From contig CM052826.1 of the NCBI GenBank assembly GCA_028534125.1, positions 17,546,001-17,610,000 of the forward strand: a stretch of DNA of 64,000 nt, given 5' to 3'. The notes below the pieces were generated by a model, which had not been told where the DNA came from, searched no databases, and saw only the letters and a program-made list of their open reading frames with translations. This document shows positions 58,183-64,000 of this stretch, piece after piece. The stretch's first letter is position 1, and each line of letters starts with the position of its first letter. The DNA comes from Lama glama. Taxonomy: Eukaryota. The translations under genes and the position numbers were made by a program.

Positions 58183-61100
58183 CCCCCTCCCCTGCCTGCC
58201 CACGGCCTGGGACTCTCTGCGATGTACATAACTATTTAATGCAGCGGCAGCGCGGCAGCCTTTCTCCCCCAAGGACTTATACACAAGAAGGAAACCGAGA
58301 TGCTTCCCGCAGCTGCGGCCGATTCTCCAGGACTCTTTTTTACCTTGAGCACTTGCCTCCTGAGACTTCATAGAACAGTGGTTTACTGTCCCTGCTCTTC
58401 CCATCTCCTCCCTTTCTCTGGCTCTTTGGGTCTTCCTCTTCTGGCCCCCCCCCCTTTAGCCATCACTTCTGGGAAGTAAAGAACTTGACTTAGTGCCGGA
58501 GCCGTGTGCTTGGTTTGCCTTCTTTGCGCTGTCTAACATAAGCCCTCCCGTCTTGGCTGGTGCTGCATCTACCAAACCCTGGGTCTGGCTCAGTGAGGGA
58601 GGGATGCGGGGGTGTGGGGAAGAACAGGGGCACATCCCCTCCTGAAGGCCTGAACTCTCCTCAAGACCCACCCCTGAGTGCACCCCCACTGTTGGGTGTT
58701 TTGTTCAGTGTCTCCGCAATCCCATTGGGGCTGGGCCAAAGCTGTCAGTGTGTTTCTTCAGAAGACACTTACTGAGCACCTACTGCATGTCTGGGCTTTT
58801 CTGGGCCCTGTAGCCACTGCAGTGAACAGAAACAGACTATGCATGCTCCCTGGCCTTGTAGAAGGAAACAGACACAGACAAAAAGGGGAAGCCATTTTGT
58901 GAGGTGATTGTGAAGAAGCACAGGATAAAGGCTGCAGAGAGGGGTCTAGTTTAGCTGACATCTAATCAGGGTCCTGAGGGAGGTGAGGAACCCAGCCTGT
59001 GTAGTGAACAGCCAGGTGAAGACAGGGACAGTGCCTGACCCTCATGGGGAACTGTGAGGAGGCCCCTGTGACTGGAGCTGGCTGAGTGAGGAGTGTAGGT
59101 GGATTATAGGCAGAACCTTGTGTGTTCAGGTGAGAACTTGGGAATTTATTTGTGAGGGAGAAGAACCCTTCGGGAAGTTTGGAGCTAAGGAGCCACATAA
59201 TATGTTTTATATCTTAGCTGGATCCCTCTGGCTGAAGGGGTCTGGGCAGAACCTGGGAGATGGAGGAGATCGGGCCATGATTGGGCAAGGGGAGGTGATG
59301 GGGTGTTGACAGTGGAGGAAGTGAGGCAGGCTAAGATCTGGAGTCCAGTAGGGCTTTTCTGTCCTTCCTGCCACCTACTTGTAGTCCTTCCAGGAAAGCT
59401 AGGGTTGGCCCCACCCAGTTGCATACATGAGCAGGAGAAAGACTGCCAAGGGGCTAGTTTGTCCCACCTTGCAGAACGTGACAGTTGACATATCGGGACA
59501 GGGTGTCCTGAAGGAAGCCTGATGCCCCTAGTACCCCTCTAGTGCTCCTTGTACTTCTGTGCATTTCTAGCCTCATTGCTCATCCTGGTGGAGCTGAAGG
59601 TTGCCTGGCTGCCTGCTCTCCATGGAGCCCACAAATGTTTTAAGATGCCCTTGCCTCCTGACCCCTTCTCAAACATATTAGACCTGGAGCAACATCTAGG
59701 CACTCCCCCCACCCCACCTTCCTAAGCACCAATGCTGAGCAGCTTGGCTCCCCTGCCCACCCCAGGGCCAGGCTCCCATCCCCCTTCCATCAGGGGAGCA
59801 TCATGACTCAGAGGACCATGGTGGTCACCACCTGCCTGGGACTTGTGGAGGCAAGAGGGAAGAGGCTGAGGCAGCACCTGCCTAGCCTCACACTGCCAGA
59901 TTCAGCCTGTGGGGGGTGGGGCATTCCAAATACAGAGCATCAGAACAGAAAACTCCCTGTCCTAGTGGAGCTAACATTCTGGTTGGGAGGAAATACAAGA
60001 AACAAAACACAACAACATGAGGCTATACATTCTATGGGGAAAAAAGTATGAAAGGGGGACTGGGATGAGAGTGGGAGAGACTGCAATTTTAAGTTGGTCA
60101 GGGATGGCCTCCCTGATAAGGTGACACTTTTTCCAAGTCCTAAAGGAGGTGGGGCAGGCAGTGAAGATGGTCCTTGGAAGAGTATTCCAGGCTGAAAGAG
60201 CAGCAGGTGCAAAGAGCTAGAGCTGAAACCATGCCTGGCTTGAAGAGTGGGCAAACAGGCTTTGGAACAGGAGACATGCACCCCTCACTTCCTGCTAACA
60301 CACAGGCTTGTCTGGTTTGTTTTCCACATCAGCTCGAAGGCCTACTTTCAGGATGCTGAGCTGGCCCAGGTGTGACTTTAGCTTTGAGGATGTAGTGTGG
60401 GGGAGGGGGACATAGGAAGCCAATGGAGCCATCTCTACCTCCTCCTCCTTCAAAGCCACTGACAGCCGCTGGATCTTTAAAAAGAAATGTAAGTGGGAGA
60501 AGGAAGTAGGTCACCCCTGCAGCAGCTCAGCCTCTATCCTGGAGTGTCAGGAGGCAGGAGGAGCTGATGGAATCCCAGCACCTCCCTTCACCGAACTCAC
60601 CTGCCCTGACCTGGGTAAAGTCTGAAGGGGGAGAAGAATCAAGTTCAGGTTTTGGTGAGTCACACAGCCCTGGCTTCAAACTATTCTGGTACGTTAGCAG
60701 TGTGATCTTGGCTAAGTCATTCAACCCTTCTGTGGTTCAGATTCTTCATCTATAAAATAGGGACAAAATACTGAAACATCTCTAGAGTAAGTTCTGAAGT
60801 AAGGGCAATGTTCACATGGTCAATGTTAATCCTGACATTTTAAACAGCTGTTATTGCTTCTCTGGGTGAAGCAACTGGCTTCTGTTTGGGGGTGGTGTTT
60901 GAGAAATACCTTGAAACGTGGATGCAATATGATGAGATGCTTAGGCAGGGAGGCTGTTGTAAACTGAGATGTTTGTCTCCCATCTCAGATTCACGGTTGG
61001 GCATGAGCTCCTTGAGTTTCTTTTTTTGCACTGGGCGCTTCTAGTTGAGTTGAAGTAAGTTTGCCGTGCACAGGGCTGTTGTGAGAATACTGTTTGTAAA

Positions 61101-62839
61101 GTGACAGGCAGTAGGGTGTTTAAGACATAAGGGGAAATTTTTTTTCTTTCGATTTTCGATTCAGTACTGAAATTCATCATCTGGGGAGAAGAAAGAGCAC
61201 GAGGACCAATATTGTGGACCATACAGGCAGCAGAGGTCACATTATTCTGTCCCGACTCCTCTGTCTCAAGGCTTTCGCAGGGTCTCTGGAAACTTGACAC
61301 ATTAAAAGGAGGGAGTGAACAGGAACAAATTCTCTCCTGCATCTCTAATTCGCTCCCTACCTGACCCTTTATCTGAGGCAATCCCGCCACCCTGAGCAGA
61401 AAACTCCTACTCTTCGCACCCTCTCTCAAAAGATCCAAATCCAGTCCCAGCTCCCAACCTCATTCTTCCTTCTGCTCAACACCCGACTCCAGAGGTCTCC
61501 AGACCCCCCAGATTTGAGACTCAGAGTCAGTAAGCGAGCCGATGCGGGCGCGCGGCAGGATGGGAGGTGTAGTTCTAGGCCCCCAGGCTGCGCGAGGAAA
61601 GACCATTGCGCATGCGTAGGCGGTGGCCTTCAGCACGTGTCTGACTCAAAGCGGTTTTCTGTCCAGCGGAGCCGGCTGGGGTGGGATCTCGAGTCTTGGG
61701 GTAGAGTTTCGCTCCAGTTGACCCTTCCCAATCCCTGGCGGCCCCAGTGTTCGGCAGAAGAGGCCTTAGGTACCTGTGAACGGAGCCGGGACTGACTTTG
61801 CCAAGAGCAAGTGTATTGAAAAAGCTGTCCCCCTCCTCCAGGCAGGCGCAAGAATTGACCTGTACCTCTCCCGAGGCCAAAATGCCCCCCAGGGCAGGGC
61901 TGGGTTGTCTTTTGGAATTAGAGCCCTAGTTGATTCAGTAAATACTGGTTTAGGGAGGGGCCGAATATAGTAAAAGGACGGCCTTAAACCTCGCGGAGTA
62001 AAATCTAGGTTTTTGAAGAACAGTTTACTGCAGGTCTGGTAATGCTTAACTTGGATTATCTGTAATCCAGTGAACTATTATACCCATTCGACGAGTGGGG
62101 AAATTTAAGCTCCGAGTGGCAGGAGTTCGCCCACATTTTCGTCTGTAGAGCCAAGACGTAGGGGGCGGGGGAAGCGGGATGCTCCAGCTCCTCCCTGTTC
62201 TACTCTGCTCTTAAGAAAAGAGGTGCCCTACTTTGTCCTCAGAAGGCGCAAGAATCACGAAGATGTCTTTCTTTATTTTCTTGCCCTTACCTAAATTTCC
62301 TGAGCTGTTAAACCTTATTCAGCTTCAGTAGAAAAAGAAGTTGGGCTTTTTGCTCTGGCGTTTATTTTACTAGTTCCTTTCGTTTAAAAATTTATATCCT
62401 CGTGGCTTTTTAAAATATCGTTTTAAAAATTGCCAAACAGTACTGGAAAATAAATAATGCAAAATGTGGCAGAGGCTTCTTTAGGAACCCAGCCCGTCTC
62501 AGGCACTCCCTTTGTCTGGCTTTCCTTTCTTTGTCTTTTGAGGTATAAAATCCACCCCAAGCTCAGTCCCCTCCGCTCTTGCGTGCACATACTGTACTCC
62601 CAAGTACCCTCTGAATGGGAAGGTGATGGAGGGGGGCACAGTTCAATTCTTAGAAAAGGGGGGTGACAAAAGCGCAGGTGGCTCTGGCCGAGCAGTTCCT
62701 TGGTCCACCATACACCAAAAAGTCCCCACGCGCTGCTGAACTCCTGGTTCCAAGCAAAGAGCTGTCAGGCCGGCGTGAGACAGGCAGAGAAAACGAGGCG
62801 GTAGGAGGACCAGCTGGCTAGAGAGGCCAAGAGAGCAGC

Positions 62840-62990
62840 CAACTCTTCGTCACGTGACCTAGCCACGGCTGGGCCTGGGTCTCCCTGGTGCCAGGCCACG
62901 TGCTATGGCTGCTTCTCCCCATTGGCTCTTCTAGGCCAGTTTGAACGGCGTACGGAAGCCGCCGCGGTTCATATACGGCCGCGTTTTTTT
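62840..62990 (+). promoter_or_regulatory. Probable TNPO2 promoter
   Basis: Palindromic GTCACGTGAC at 62849-62858, a second CACGTG near 62897, ATTGG near 62921 and Ets CGGAAG near 62953. Confidence 0.6.
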
Positions 62991-63080
62991 TTTTCAATTC
63001 CCTCTTTTTGGCTCCCTCCTTTCGCGCGAGTCTCAGGAGAAGCCGCAGCTAAAGGCCCCTCTGCTGCCGCCCGAGGCCTG
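62990..63080 (+). other. TNPO2: Probable non-coding exon 1 of transportin-2
   Basis: CpG island with a pyrimidine-rich start region and a strong CTG|GTAAGT donor at 63080/63081. Identity is inferred only from synteny, since no coding sequence is in the window. The start coordinate is approximate. Confidence 0.6.
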
Positions 63081-64000
63081 GTAAGTGGGCCTCACCGGGA
63101 CCCCGACCGGCTCGGTCCCGGCTTGCGTCAACCTCCGCAGGGCTCCGGGCCTGCGCCGTGCGCGGCCCGAGCGTCGGGGCCGCGCCTGACCGAGAAAGGC
63201 CGAGAACCCGGTTGGGCCCGATTGGCGAGGCGGCGAGAATGGGCCGGGGCGGGGGAGGGGGGAACCGAGCCGGGCTTAGGGGGTGGGGCCTCGGAGCGGG
63301 GCTGGGTCCCCGTGCCTTGAAAATCCGGCCAGTGGGGCGGCTGGGGTCGGGCTGGAGGGGCTCTGATTGGGGGAAGCGTCTGGGGACTGCTTAGGGCCTG
63401 ATTGGGGGGACGTCGTTGAGGATCGGGTGTGTGTGGGGGGGCTGTTTCGATGGGGTTAGGTTGGGTCTGATTTGGGGAGGCCGCACTGAAAAGTTGGGAG
63501 AGGGGCTTGTTGGGCCTTGATAGGGAGGGGCGTCAGACTTAGGCCTAGAAGGCTTTGCTCGGTGTGGCTGCGAGGAGTCGCTGGGATCTGTTGGAGGAAA
63601 TGCCCCTGGAGGGTGTTAGGCCAGGTCTGATTGGGAGAGCTGTAGGGATCGGACGAAGGGGATTACCAGCTCCAGGTGGTGGGGGTCTTGTACCGACTTG
63701 ATTCGGGGAAGCAGCGGTGATCGGTCAGCAGGACTTAGGGTAGGGGGTTGGAGCGGTATAGGGGAAGGCTTAGTCAGATCTGATTGGGGAAGCAACAGAG
63801 ACCCGTCCAGAGGGCTTCTGTAGTCGGGTAGGCGACTTGGCTGGCTCTCATTCGGAGAAGCATCCGGGACCTGTCTGAAAACTGTTTTGGGTCTGATTAA
63901 GGGGAATCGCTGAACGGTGTGCCGGCACGGGAGAGACAACGGGGGCTGGGGCGCTATCGCATTGTGGGGCAGGGCCCCTGGATGGGGAGGTGGCTGGGTC

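Overview
This is a gene-dense, GC-rich mammalian window whose gene order matches human 19p13.13: RNASEH2A(-), THSD8(-), PRDX2(+), JUNB(-), HOOK2(+), BEST2(-), GET3/ASNA1(-), TRIR/C19orf43(+), then a probable non-coding first exon of TNPO2(+). I traced the coding exons by hand to their splice sites, and all complete models sum to intact frames. The exception is TRIR, whose middle exon appears to lie in a 276-N assembly gap. A tRNA-derived SINE resembling the camelid Vic-1 family suggests a camel, alpaca or llama source. There is no evidence for a prokaryote-type novel system. The most interesting items are: the small, poorly characterised secreted TSP1-type protein THSD8, which shares a promoter with PRDX2 and has no canonical polyA signal before RNASEH2A; a 6-nt microexon in HOOK2 with SRRM3/4-type cis-elements; a weak GC-AG intron in GET3; dense AP-1, SRE, NF-kB and STAT clusters around JUNB; phased CCAAT arrays; and orphan promoter-like elements. 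Gene and repeat names come from recognising the sequence and from synteny, not from database searches.
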